Below the pieces are notes generated by a model. The model saw only the letters and a program-made list of their open reading frames with translations. It was not told where the DNA came from and made no database searches. Positions 1 to 11,355 of a stretch of DNA of 64,000 bases are shown here, piece by piece (within the stretch, counting starts at the first letter, position 1; every line of letters begins with the position of its first letter). The translations under genes and the position numbers were made by a program. The DNA lies in contig CAWEHK010000033.1 in assembly GCA_963808625.1 (NCBI GenBank), positions 96,001 to 160,000 on the forward strand, read 5' to 3'. The DNA comes from an uncultured delta proteobacterium (GTDB taxonomy: Bacteria; Desulfobacterota; Syntrophobacteria; Syntrophobacterales; Syntrophobacteraceae).

Positions 1-1561
1 CACATACCCGTCAGCAGGAGTGGATTGGCGGCCAGTTCATCCAGGCCGCGCTGGCCCTGCAGGTGGTCGATCATTTCGGCGGCCTTTTTGAGCCCATGTT
101 CCCTGGTATCGCTCAGACGCACGAACCAGCGGCGGACCAGCAGCGTCTGCAGCTCCGGGTCCAGCCCTGGATGGGGGCGGGCAGCAGATGAAGCTTCTGT
201 TGCTGATGCGCATCCAGTCCGTAGGGCCGGCTGGTAACCAGCACCCGATTGTTCGCCTTGGTCCAGCGCCCGACCGCATCGGCCAGCACCTCAAGGAGCA
301 TGGTGCGAGGATACCACTCGCCGTCATTCTTCGTATGGAGGGATGGGACTTCGTCGACACCGTCCAGCATCAGCAGGGCCGAGCCGTTATCGAGATGGGC
401 CTTCACACAGGCCCAGTCAAGGCCGGGTGGCTTTTGGTCCATGACCCAATTGTCCAGTGCCTTCTCGAGACCAGCGAGGCCGACTGAAGGTGCACCGGAC
501 GGCCCCAGATGGGGCCAGAAATCCCGCAGGGGCACGAGCACCGGCAACCGCCCGCGTAAGAGGTCGGGAAATTTCTCCTGATAAGGTTCGGGCGCCGGGA
601 CGTCCATAGGCGGCATAATGCCATTGCAGATGAGCCAGGTTGCCCAACGGCAGAAGGTGGACTTGCCCGTACCCGGATCACCCGAGACATACAGCGACTC
701 TTTGTTGAGCAAATCGAGGAGAGATTGAGGAGCTTTGTGCGGTTCCTCAAGCAGTTCGCTGTCGAACTTCCGACCGCGAGGAGTATCGCGTTCCGGCCGG
801 ACGGCAGTCGTGAGAGGCGTGTAGACATGGTTCAGACATACGGCTGCACCGTGCTTGGGCTGAAGCCCCAGCAGATCAACGTCGCAGCACTGGTCGAGCA
901 GCCAGGCAGTGTATTCGGGCGGGACGACAGGCTTGCTTGGGGTTTTTTTCTTTTTTGACGCTTCCGGCGGCTCTCCGGTTGCGGTTTTCAATTCGGGCAA
1001 TTGGAACAGGATCTGCCGCAGGTGTTCGCCCACCTTTTCATAAAAGCCGTCTTTGTCGCCACGCACACCCCTGTAACTGCTCACCAGCCCCAAGTCATTC
1101 AGCGTCTCGCGAAACCGGCAAACCCCGAGATACTGCTCCACGTCCGCAGGCTTAGTCGAGAGTGGCGGGTCGTCTCGAAAGTAGAAGGTGATCCACGGCG
1201 TGCCCGCTTTTTTCCACTTCTTCACGGCGTCGTTGAACTCTTTCTCGGTGCCGCTTCCGCAGCCGTCGGTGGGCGTGCCGAAACGGGTGGACATGATGCC
1301 CAGGTAGATGTTGTAGACGGGGGTCTGCCGGTCGACGACCTGCTGCGGCTTCGGGCCGATTTGGCGGGCGACGTCGTGCTCCCAGCGGAAGAGCTCCAAC
1401 CGGAAGCGGCGGGCTCGGCCTTCGGTGCGGTTGATGGAGGCGCAGATTTCATCCATTACGGCGCGCTCCTCAGAGACATCGCCCGGCGAGGAGACGAAGA
1501 CGGTGATGATTTGAACGGGGTTCGAGGTTTCGGGAGAGGCGTCGGTGGTTTTCTTGGTCAT
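1..1561 (-). CDS. DUF4062-like N-terminal domain + NACHT NTPase (runs off left edge; frameshift near 165)
   Basis: N-terminal VFVSSPGDVSEER...RFGTP...SGTEKEF; Walker A GDPGTGKST; Walker B LLMLDGVDE; after a 1-nt shift the frame continues to LAANPLLL at the window edge. Confidence 0.8.
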
Positions 1562-1583
1562 GAGCTTAACTCCGCAATGAGCT

Positions 1584-1724
1584 TCAAATATTGAGGCGGC
1601 TCTCTGCAAAGCTCACCGGCGAGACTTTGCGCCAGAGAGCTAACTGCGATTCCTTGTCTTTGACGGCCTGATCAAGGAGTGATGCGAGATTCTGCCTGGC
1701 TTTCGAATAGGTGTAGACAGCCAT
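1584..1724 (-). pseudogene. Phd/YefM-type antitoxin remnant
   Basis: MAVYTYSKARQNLASLLDQA; ATG overlaps the stop of the upstream PIN fragment (TGATG). Confidence 0.6.
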
Positions 1725-1885
1725 CAGGTTACCTCCATAATTTTGACTTTCATCTTCTTTGCGCAAAAGCTCAGTTCGCGATCGAGGGTAATCAAAGGAA
1801 ACCTGCACTTCAAGGCGCATCGGATGATATAGGCATCGTAAGCGTAAAGGTTAAGCGTCTCGGCGATCTCGATGGATTGCTCCAG
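1724..1885 (-). pseudogene. PIN/VapC toxin C-terminal remnant
   Basis: Manual translation LEQSIEIAETLNLYAYDAYIIRCALKCRF/PLITLDRELSFCAKKMKVKIMEVT*; N-terminal half not found. Confidence 0.6.
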
Positions 1886-2523
1886 TGTAGCAGATCAGAT
1901 TGTATTCAGCAAGTAGCGTGGAAACACTCCGGTCAAGCCTCTTTGGGGGGCTGCAATGGGAGTGTGGCTCTGCCCCTTTTTTCGGAGGGCAAGAGCTGTC
2001 ATTATACTGCCGAGAGAGCATCAAATTGATTCCAATTGGTTTGAGGAGCTATTTATGAGACGTTCTCTTTAGAAATCTCGGGATCTCTGACATGTGCTTT
2101 CTTGCATTATTCCTCGATCTTATGAGGCTGACCCGCCTGGTTCCAACGTTTGACTCAAAATGAACAATGAGAGAGAAACTACTTGAACATGAAAAAATAT
2201 TGTATAGTCTAGGAAATTTTTTGCTGCTCTAATTGACCGTGAATGATGCAAGGGAGAAGATTCAAGGGGCTGTTTGGAGAGAAAATGAATCGAACGGGAT
2301 GGCGGTCTTCAGGGTGGATGGCGGTGATCCAGTAAAGACGAAGGGGATTGTAAAGAGAAGGTAAGAACGGTTTTTAAAGAGCGGGCTTTGCATGTTAAGA
2401 AAATTGAGTCTGGAAAGGGGGGATGTGATAGTTCAATTATCTCTGCGAAAGTGTTACATAGGCGCGACAAATCGGGGTTTTCTTAAATAGATCGAGTCAA
2501 GTGAGTAAAACAAGGAGAACGAT

Positions 2524-4283
2524 ATGAACGCAGCAATTCTTATGATCGTAGCAGCTGCTTTTTTCTGGTTCGCTTACCGTTTTTACGGAAGATACATTTC
2601 AAAGGTCTTTGAAGAAAATGATGACAATCCGACACCGGCATGTTGTCATGAAGGATGACTGTGATTATGTGCCGACCAAACCGATTGTCCTCTTCGGACA
2701 CCATTTTGCCAGCATCGCCGGCGGCGGGCCGATCATCGGTCCTACCGTCGCGATGATGTTCGGATTCATCCCCGTATGGCTGTGGGCGGTGTTCGGGAGT
2801 ATCTTTATCGGCGCCGTGCATGACATGACGACGCTTTTTGCCAGCGTCAGGGAGAAGGGACATTCGGTTGCCGAGATCGCCAAATCGACCTTGGGAAACA
2901 CGGGATTCTTTCTCTTTATCTCGTTTACCATATGCGTGCTGTTACTGGTGACCTCGGCGTTTCTGGGCCTGACGGCAACGGCTCTGACGTCTTTGCTGCC
3001 CCTGGACGTCCTCAAGCTGGATCCTTCGCAAACGGTGGTGAAGACCATCGAGGCCGGAGGAGTGGTCAAGGCCCAGATCGGCGGTATCGCCTCCACGTCC
3101 GTCATCATTATTACCTGCTTTGCACCGATTATCGGCTTCCTGGTGTATAAGAAGGGAATCAATGTTTATCTTGCCTCCGGAATCGCGATCGTTGTGTGCA
3201 TCCTTTCCGTTATCGTTGGAATGGAATATCCGATTTCCATCGCAGCCAATACCTGGATGATCATCCTCTGTTTTTATACCTTGCTGGCCGCGGGCATTCC
3301 CGTCTGGATTATTCTGCAGCCGCGGGACTTTACCAACTCGTTTTTGCTCTACGCCGGAGTTGCGGCATTGTTTATTGCAAGTATTGCGGCAGGCCTCAAA
3401 GGGGTTACCTTCAACGCCCCCATTACGAATATCGCGGCAGGGACAAGCAAGTTGGGTCCCATCTGGCCGTTTTTGTTCATTACCGTAGCCTGTGGCGCCA
3501 TTTCAGGCTTCCATTGCCTGGTTGCCGGCGGCACTTCATCAAAACAGGTTTCAAAAGAATCGGATATTATTAAAGTCGGCTACGGCGGGATGTTATTGGA
3601 AGGTTTGCTTGCCATCGGCGTCCTGGTTGCCGTCGGCTGCGGCCTCACGTTTCAGGATTACATGAATATTGTGTTCCCGACAGCCGCCGGGGCAAAGTCA
3701 AACCCGATTCTGGCCTTTGCCGCCGGCGCCGGCGGTTTGCTTGACAAAGGGTTGGGGATAGCACCCGTGTACGGGACCATTTTCGGAATTCTTCTCGTGG
3801 AAGGCTTTGTGGTCACCACCCTGGATACGGCCGTGCGGCTCAACCGATATTTATTCGAAGAGCTGTGGCAGGTTATGTTCACGAATGTTCCGAAGATAAT
3901 GAAAGGATATCTATTCAACTCGGCACTCTGTGTGATTCTCATGTACCTTCTGGCCTACAACAATGCGTTTTTGGCTCTCTGGCCCGCATTCGGCTCCGCG
4001 AATCAATTGCTTGCCTCTTTGGCGCTGATCGCCGTATCCGTGTGGCTGGTGAATAAGGGGAAAAGTGCCGTGTTTACCGTAATCCCGGCGATATTCATGA
4101 TGGCAACAACGTTATATTCACTGGTTAGTTTGCTTATTGAGACAATATCTTCCCAAGGGAGATTATATGCTAGCCGCCTTTGCGGTATTGTTGATTGTTC
4201 TTTCCATCGGTGTCATTGCATTATCATTCAAGAAATGGAGAGAAATAAGAAAGAATGGCGTAGTAGCACCAAGTGCGGCATAA
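2524..4283 (+). CDS. cstA: Carbon starvation protein A family transporter (frameshifted)
   Basis: DYVPTKPIVLFGHHFASIAGGGPIIGP, ITVACGAISGFH, TTLDTAVRL, FGSANQL motifs; SD AGGAG before ATG 2524. Confidence 0.9.
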
Positions 4284-4389
4284 TATGAGGGTAATAAGAA
4301 ACAGATGTATTATCGTATGTGGGTACTCATTGTATGAGAGCAAACTCATATTAGCGGAAAGTGTTCTCTCAGATATACCGTGCTCTGTT

Positions 4390-4420
4390 AGAGGGACAGC
4401 TTAAACTGTCCCTCTTTTTT
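4390..4420 (+). terminator. Intrinsic terminator after cstA
   Basis: AGAGGGACAG-cttaaa-CTGTCCCTCT followed by a T run. Confidence 0.75.
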
Positions 4421-4554
4421 CGGATGGTGTGTCTTTCATAACCCTCATTTCGCCCAAATCAGCAAACTTGAGTGATTTAGATTGCCCTCTAATACTTCGC
4501 TTGTTAGCGCGGTATTTAGAGAGGCAACCTCTGGCCCTATAGTTTAGACTGCCC

Positions 4555-4872
4555 CTAGCGAACGATCAAGAGGTTGTTGACCTTATGCACACCATAAATG
4601 CTCTGGGCCAATTCCGTCGCGCGATTCTTGGCAAATTCCGATTCCACCGCCCCCGTGAGGGTAACCTCACCCTGGAAAGTGTCCACGGAGACCGCGAAGC
4701 CGCTCAGATAAGGATCGTTGAAGATCTTGCTTTTGATGGTTGTCGTAATATTCATGTCATCGAGGACTTGGCCAGGGGTCCTGCCTGCGGCGGTCATGCA
4801 GGAGCTGACACTCAAAAGCAGCAAGACAGACGAGGAAGGCACAGGGAGTTCTTTCGATGTCGCATCAGGCAT
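4555..4872 (-). CDS. BON-domain lipoprotein
   Basis: DDMNITTTIKSKI...VSVDTFQGEVTLTGAV...GVHKVNNLL. Confidence 0.85.
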   Translation of the reverse strand: MPDATSKELPVPSSSVLLLLSVSSCMTAAGRTPGQVLDDMNITTTIKSKIFNDPYLSGFAVSVDTFQGEVTLTGAVESEFAKNRATELAQSIYGVHKVNNLLIVR

Positions 4873-4949
4873 CCTCCTTTGTTTATTTAGCGTGCGAACC
4901 CAGCACGATACCGGTGCTGAGCGCGAGCAAAAGTTGCGATTTTAAAAAC

Positions 4950-5324
4950 CAAGCAGCGCCATAAGCGCACACCAGGACGCCCGTACCATTAATCTGATCG
5001 CGTTTAAGTTTCAAGAGGGCATCATTGGCCAGCTCCAGGGGGAAGAGCTGGACTTTCGGGCGGATGGGGATTTCGGCTGCGAGTTCCAGTAATTCTACGG
5101 CGTCTTGCCATGGTGTTCGCGGTGACGCTATCGAACGTTCTTCTCGTAAAAGAGGTGCTCCTCATAGTTCAGTTCGGGGATGGCGGTCATGTATATTCCC
5201 GCAAGCGCCAGCGTCCCCCCTTTGCAAGGCGGGCCAAGGGCACGGGCTGGGGATCCGGCCAATCCGACCAGTCGAGCGGGGCCTTTTCCACCGGCGCGCA
5301 ACCTTTAAGAACCATCGCTTTCAT
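4950..5324 (-). pseudogene. Zn-dependent alcohol dehydrogenase with internal deletion
   Basis: N-terminal MKAMVLKGCAPVEKAPL..PDPQP joined directly to C-terminal LAKGG..IYMTAIPELNYEEHLFYEK..SVTANT..ANDALLKLKRDQINGTGVL; left coordinate approximate. Confidence 0.7.
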
Positions 5325-5359
5325 GGTCTTTCCTCGAAGAAGGCAGACTCTTAGTTCTT

Positions 5360-5431
5360 CACCGCAGAGTCGCAGAGGACGCAGAGATTCAAAGCAAAGA
5401 GCTTTCTCTGCGCTCTCAGAGTCTCTGCACC
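5360..5431. repeat. Palindromic element of 9-mer units (CGCAGAG.. / ..CTCTGCG)
   Basis: caccgcagagtcgcagaggacgcagag ... ctctgcgctctcagagtctctgc; related copies at 15910, 23099 and 51732. Confidence 0.7.
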
Positions 5432-5662
5432 GAAAAGTCATCGTGCGCAGGCCACCTTCAAAGACCGACTCGGTTTGGAAACCGAGTCGGTCTGGTCACC
5501 ACCGTACAGCTTTTCATGTGTCTTCGGGTGTCCCGAAGGGACATGAGGGACTGCGGTAAATTTAAAAATGAAAAATATCCGTAAAAGAGCTGTAGTTGAT
5601 TTGTCTCAGCAATTCCTTCATAATGCAGCACAAGCGAATCATTTTGTAAATGGGGATTTATC

Positions 5663-8600
5663 TTGCTGCGACCGAAAAAAACCGTCAGAGGAAAGCGTCC
5701 TGACAACACCCATTTTGTGTTCAGGCTTTTTGCCTGGGCCCTTTTAGGCCTCTTCCTCATCTCCCTGACCTTAGTCCTGGCCCTGCATATCCCGGCGGTG
5801 CAGCAGTACTTGTTCAAAGAGGCGGCCCGCAGGCTTGAAAGCTCCGCCGGCATCGCGGTTCAGCTCGATTCCTTTCACTGGTCGCCGTTTCGCGAATTGC
5901 GTCTCCTTAACCTGAAGGTGAAGTCGCGGGGAAAAATTTTCTCGAATGTGAGGAGGCAAGGCTCGCCTATCGCCTCTCCTGGTCATGGCCTTATCTCCGC
6001 CCGGGAAAGCTTTCCTTGGAAAAGCCCTGGCTGCAACTTCAGCGCGATTCACAGGGGGATTTTCAACTTCCTGCCGAAAAATCGCCCGGAACTCGAGATT
6101 CCCAGGGGAGCAAGCCTTTTCCCTGGGCCGGTTTTCCCTGGCCGCAGGTGCGCATCGTTTCCGGAAACATTGTGGCCTACCAGGATGGTCAGGTTGTGCT
6201 TTCCGTCCGGGATGTGAATGCGACCGTTTCTTTGCAGGAGGTTTCCGGGAGCGATGGTCCGAAGCTCAAGATCAATTTTGGTCAGTGGCAGGGCTGCGCA
6301 GAGGTCCCGGAGCTCGGCGAATGGCAACTCACCGGCGAGGCGGAAATCCGGAAAGAAACGCTTCTTGTCAGGCAATTGGAGCTGAACATCCCGAACGTGG
6401 CTCAACTCTTCACTCACGGCAGCTGGGAACTGGCACCGCCCTTTGACGGTACGCTGGAAATCCAGGTGGCACAGTTATCAACGGCCATTTTCCCGCCGCT
6501 TCAGAAAAGCCTTCCCGCACTCCGAGAGATCACGGGATCGTTGCGCCTCACCAGGCAAGCGGGAACCTGTCCCTTGACCATGACTTGCAAAGCAACCTTG
6601 GAAATCTGCAGGGGACGCTTCTGATCGCGCCCAACGCCGCGGGCACCAGGTTCGTTCAGCTCCTTTCCCGCTTTGCCGACCTTCATGTACCCGTTTCAAG
6701 ACAACCTTCCGAATCCCATCTTTTCGGCCAGGTGGCGCTTACTTTGGAGGGAACGGAGCTTCGCACGGCAGAGGCCACCTTGCACGCCCTGGTGGAATCC
6801 TCGCGGTGGGGAGACCAGACCATTCACCGCGGCGAGGTGACGGGAACCTACGGACAGGGAATGGTGCAAGTGAAGTCGTCAAAGATTCAGAGCTCTCTTG
6901 GGGATTTCGATTTTTCCGGTGCTGCCGACCTCAGAGGATTATGGGACAACCAGCACTCCGGCGGAGTAAAATTCGATCTGCGCGCCGAACGGGCCAGCCT
7001 GCAAAAAGTGCTCCCGGGGGCTGCGCCGCGCTTTGGGGGGAGCATTGTCTACGAAGGCCATTACGGGGCTGGGGACTTCAGCAGGTGGGAGCGATGGCAG
7101 AGCAACATGGAAGCCAATATTTCCCTGCCCGCGTTCTTGACGCTAAAAGCATCAGGAAAGCAGAAGAATGAATCTCTGGCTCTCGATTACGACCTCGAAG
7201 CCAGCGATCTTCAAGGACTTGCCTCATTGTTTCCGTCGCTGGCGCGGCAAGGGCAAGGTAACATCACGGGGAAGCATCAAGGGAAGATGGCCCGATTGGG
7301 TGTGGGAGGGCGTCGTCAGCTCCCCGGCGTTCCAGGCCGGACCGGTGCTGGGAGAACAGGCATCGTTGAAGGGTAAGGGAAAGATCATCGGCAAAGAAGC
7401 CCAGCGAGAGTTGACCCTCAAGGTTCAAAACCTCAGTGTCGATGGCAAGAAACTGGGGGCCTTGAACCTTGACCTGCAGCAGGAGGCGGATACCTGTCGT
7501 TTCACCATCAGGAGTGAAGGCGTCTTGACTCATGGCGGGGCCAGGCTTTCGGGACGCGTTGAAAAAATCTGGGGGCCGGTAAGGACCCTGCTGGTCAATC
7601 AAAGTGCGCTCGCATGGAAGAATCAAAGCGCAGCACTTGATGCCAAAATTGAGGCAGGGAGCGAGGGGATTCGGGTACCATCCCTGACGATGCAGCACAA
7701 CAAGGAAAAGCTTCAGCTCGCGGGAGAAGTCCGGTTTGATGCCCGGAGTGACCTGAAGCTTACCTTTGAAGGGATTGACCTGGGTCAGTGGTCTCAGGTC
7801 CTCGCTCCCGAGCACCAGGTGTCAGGGACGGCGTCCGGGCAGATTGCGCTAAGGGGCCGCGCCGACCAGCCCGAAGCATCGCTCAACCTGCAGTTGACTC
7901 GAGCTTCGATCAAGCTCCCGAAAGATTCCGGCCGCGCTTTGGATGCTTCCCCTCAAAGTAAAAGGACCAGCGACGCGCTGTCGATCGAGCGGCTGCAGCT
8001 CCAGGGTGCCTTCGCCGGGAAGATTTTGAGCATTCAAGGTGACCTCGAGAGCTCGTCGGTGCAAACCCCCGTTCACTTTTCGGCAAAAGTACCGGTGCAT
8101 ATCAGTCTTCGGCCTCCTCTGCTGGAACTTTCCCGCACCGAGCAGTGGTCCTTTTCCTCGAAGGTGGCCGGGTTCCAGGTGGCGAGCCTCCTGCCTTACC
8201 TTACTTTCCTGGAAACACTTGGGGGCAGGATCGACCTCGATGTCCAGGGCGGAGGAACGATCAATCAACCACTTGTTGCCGGCTGTCGGCTCCTGGCAGA
8301 ATGGTTCGATGAAAATCAAGAAATGGCCGCACCTGATCGAAAATATCAAGGTCGAATGGCAGGCGGATGCCCGGCAAATCACCATTCAAAAAGGCGTGAT
8401 GGAACTCCTCGGGGGCCATCTGGAACTGAAGGGCAGGGTCGCTTACCCGTCCTTTGAGGAGATGACTTTGAGGCTCACGGCACCGACTTGGAGGCGAAGG
8501 ATATTTATGGCACCACGGGAAAGGTGTCAGGCCATGCCCAGTTGACTGGGACGAGCGCGGGAAGCAAACTTACGGGCGACTCTCCACCTGGCCAAAGGGG

Positions 8601-9395
8601 AAATGAATCTCGCGCAGCTCGAAACCAACCTGGCCCGAAGCATTCGCGTGATTGATGGGGAGAGCAAGGGAGAAGTCATTGAAGTCCGGAAAGAAGCACC
8701 GGGTCAAGGTAACTTTTTCAGCAAGCTGGAAATGGACCTCACCATTCATCTCCCTCCGTCCGGGACCTGGGTGCGCGGAATGGGACTGGATGCCGAAATA
8801 ACGGGCTCCCTCAAAATTGAAAAGCGACCATTCGCAGAAGTGAAGCTGCGCGGAGGATTCCAAACGCTTGCGAGGCGAATATCGGTTCCAGGACTATAAA
8901 CTCAAAATCGTCAGCGGTGAAGTGGTCTTCCCCGAGTCTCCGCAGCCTGACCCCCAGCTAAAAATCATTTGTCAAAAGGATGTGAAGGATGCCATCATAC
9001 AGGTACAGGTTACGGGACCGCTGAAGCAACCGAAGCTGGTCATGAGCAGTATGCCCTCGATGAACCAGGTGGATATCCTCTCTTATCTGCTTTTTGATCG
9101 GGCCGCAGGGGATTTGAGCTCCAAAGAGAGCTTTCAGCTCCAGGATAAGGCGGCTCATGGCTTGGGTCACAAACCTCGCAACTGCTCAAAAGGGTCCTCG
9201 GAGACACCCCGTTTACTCCGGATACCATCGAATATCGGAAAGGCCAGCTCAAGCCGACGGGCACTTCGGGGAGTGAAAACAGAAGGTGGGTGTTGTGGCG
9301 ATTGGAAAGTACCTCACTCCGGACTTGTATGTGAACTTCGAAAAGAGCGTTACCGGGGAAGAAGGGAACCAGGTCGAATGTTGAATACAGGTTGA
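5663..9395 (+). CDS. tamB: TamB/AsmA-like translocation-assembly protein (several frameshifts)
   Basis: N-terminal TM anchor, long beta-rich body over successive ORFs, C-terminal TamB-like GMGLDAEITGSL..VTGPLKQPKLVMSSMPSMNQVDILSYLLF..GKYLTPDLYV. Confidence 0.75.
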
Positions 9396-9490
9396 ACCGT
9401 CATCTTTCGATTCAGACGCAATTCGGTGGGACGCAACAGAGTGGAATCGACGTCTTCTGGCGCCACGATTTCGGCAAATAGGGGCGAGGA

Positions 9491-9627
9491 TTTCGGATTC
9501 GGATGCGGATGTCGGATTGTCGGATGGCGGATGTTGGATTGCGGATGTTGGATTGCGGATGTTGGATGCGGATGTCGGATGGCGGATTTCGGTTTCGGAT
9601 TGGATGTGAAATTTCGGGTGTCGGATG
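9491..9627. repeat. Degenerate heptamer tandem repeat (CGGATTT/CGGATGT-like)
   Basis: ttcggat tcggatg cggatgt cggattg ... directly after tamB. Confidence 0.8.
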
Positions 9628-9813
9628 TCGAAGGTCAGAATTTGGGATTCAGGCTGAGGAATGGATGCGCAATTTTGATGTTATGATAGTTACCCGAAGT
9701 TCATTTTGGGATAGCAAAATAAGCATGGAAGTATCGGTTTGGAGGTCGGTGTTGTTTCTTTTTCTGGCCACTGACCACTAACCACTGACCACTATTTTTT
9801 AGGAGCAGTCTTC

Positions 9814-10008
9814 ATGAAGATGCAGGAAATTCGCCAGATGGCAAAGAAAATGGGGATCAATTCCTTCGGTAAGACCAAGATCGAATTGGTCCGGGAGATC
9901 CAGCGCAAGGAAGGTAATTTTGACTGTTATGGAACAGGTGCGGAGCAATGTGATCAACTGGAATGCCTGTTTCGATCCCCATGCCTTGAAAAACCTGCTG
10001 GTAAGTAG
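9814..10008 (+). CDS. Small SAP/Rho-N-like protein with Cys-rich tail
   Basis: MKMQEIRQMAKKMGI..KIELVREIQRKEGNFDCYGT..CDQLECLFRSPC; SD AGGAG. Confidence 0.7.
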   Translation: MKMQEIRQMAKKMGINSFGKTKIELVREIQRKEGNFDCYGTGAEQCDQLECLFRSPCLEKPAGK

Positions 10009-10029
10009 CAGAGGAAAGGATCAACCCTG

Positions 10030-10377
10030 ATGAAGGACCCTGTTGTGCTGCAAGATCAAGACGTTCTGCTCAGGATTCAAAACAACAAGAATCCCGACCA
10101 GGGGATCTTTCTGGTCATCGATGCATCCCGTGAACACCTCCAGACCCAGGGCCTGCAGGCGCTTTTTGGCTTGAAGGAAATCCGCATGGCGACGCAAGAT
10201 GTGGTGCAATCTCTTCATGAATACGCGCAAGTGCTCTCCTTCATTCTCGAAACCATCTCGACCGCTGAAGAGCTGGGATTGCCGTACCGCTACCAGAATG
10301 AATTTCAATTCGGCGACGCCAACTATACTCTCTATGAGGAAGGGGAGCACCGGATGCTGAGAAAGGTGGAAGCATAG
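10030..10377 (+). CDS. Hypothetical protein
   Basis: 115-aa ORF with SD, co-oriented with the upstream gene. Confidence 0.6.
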   Translation: MKDPVVLQDQDVLLRIQNNKNPDQGIFLVIDASREHLQTQGLQALFGLKEIRMATQDVVQSLHEYAQVLSFILETISTAEELGLPYRYQNEFQFGDANYTLYEEGEHRMLRKVEA

Positions 10378-10396
10378 GGCTCGTTTCCTCCACCTC

Positions 10397-11059
10397 TCAT
10401 TTTGACATTTCGGGGTGGGAGAGCCCCTGTGCTATCCGCTTTACTTCGTCTGCGAGGCCCACTTTGACTTTATCCCAGTCAATGTTCCAGAGGAGTATCG
10501 GGGAAGCGTCCCTTTCTGCTTCTTCAAAATCGACCAGCCCTTTCAGAAAAAGCAAGCGGCTGAAGCGAAGTGTTCCTTGTTCTTCCATAGCCTGCAGCAG
10601 AAGTTCCTCCAGAGAAATTGCAGAGCGGGTAAGACAGTAGAGATCGACAAAATCCTTTCTGCTGCCGCGGCTGGCTATGGCGTGGAGCTTCATCCGGCCG
10701 ATATCCTTGAGATCGGCCATTTGAAACGTGCCGCTTTCAGAGGCTATGGTCTTGAGTGGAAACTTGGGCGGAATCCGCTCCCGTAAGTAATCCACTTTGA
10801 TTGTCTCGATGACCATTTCGCAATGGTGGGGCGTCTGGTTGATCACCGTGGAGTTCATCCCGAGATCCCGCATCTCGCGCATCAGAGCCGAATAATCAAA
10901 ATCTTCGGGGACGAAGAAATCCAGATCAGCGGAGATCCGATGCCCCATCTGTAGGGCCAGAGCTGTGCCCCCACCGAGATAGACTGATTGCATCGACTTG
11001 AGAAGGCTCAATCCCAGGAGCAATCTCCAAACGGGGTCGGGTATCGCTTCACGGTGCAT
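10397..11059 (-). CDS. AbiEii-like nucleotidyltransferase
   Basis: YLGGGTALALQMGHRISADLDFF, MKLHAIASRGSRKDFVDLY. Confidence 0.85.
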   Translation of the reverse strand: MHREAIPDPVWRLLLGLSLLKSMQSVYLGGGTALALQMGHRISADLDFFVPEDFDYSALMREMRDLGMNSTVINQTPHHCEMVIETIKVDYLRERIPPKFPLKTIASESGTFQMADLKDIGRMKLHAIASRGSRKDFVDLYCLTRSAISLEELLLQAMEEQGTLRFSRLLFLKGLVDFEEAERDASPILLWNIDWDKVKVGLADEVKRIAQGLSHPEMSK

Positions 11060-11331
11060 GATTCCTCCTTGGCGCCCAGGAGAAGGGCCCAGAATTTCCG
11101 CGATCTCCGGGATATCGACCGGCTCACCTTGAGTGTCTCCAGGAGCTCTTCTGCGGCGTAGGTCTGCAAGAGAAAACGCAAAGCGGCTTCATCACCATGT
11201 TCCATAAGCCGGCTGATGATGAAATGGGAGAAGTCGCCCAAAGAGAAAGTGTCAAAGTCGACGTCCCAGAAGAAGGGCTTCAAGGACGTCGGCAGATCTT
11301 TGGCCATTTTCAAGGACTCCGGTTCTTTCAT
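11008..11331 (-). CDS. DUF6922-like partner (putative antitoxin)
   Basis: LKPFFWDVDF..FIISRLMEHGD; overlaps the nucleotidyltransferase start. Confidence 0.7.
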   Translation of the reverse strand: MKEPESLKMAKDLPTSLKPFFWDVDFDTFSLGDFSHFIISRLMEHGDEAALRFLLQTYAAEELLETLKVSRSISRRSRKFWALLLGAKEESCTVKRYPTPFGDCSWD

Positions 11332-11355
11332 TTGCGGAACCCGCGCTGGATCGCA

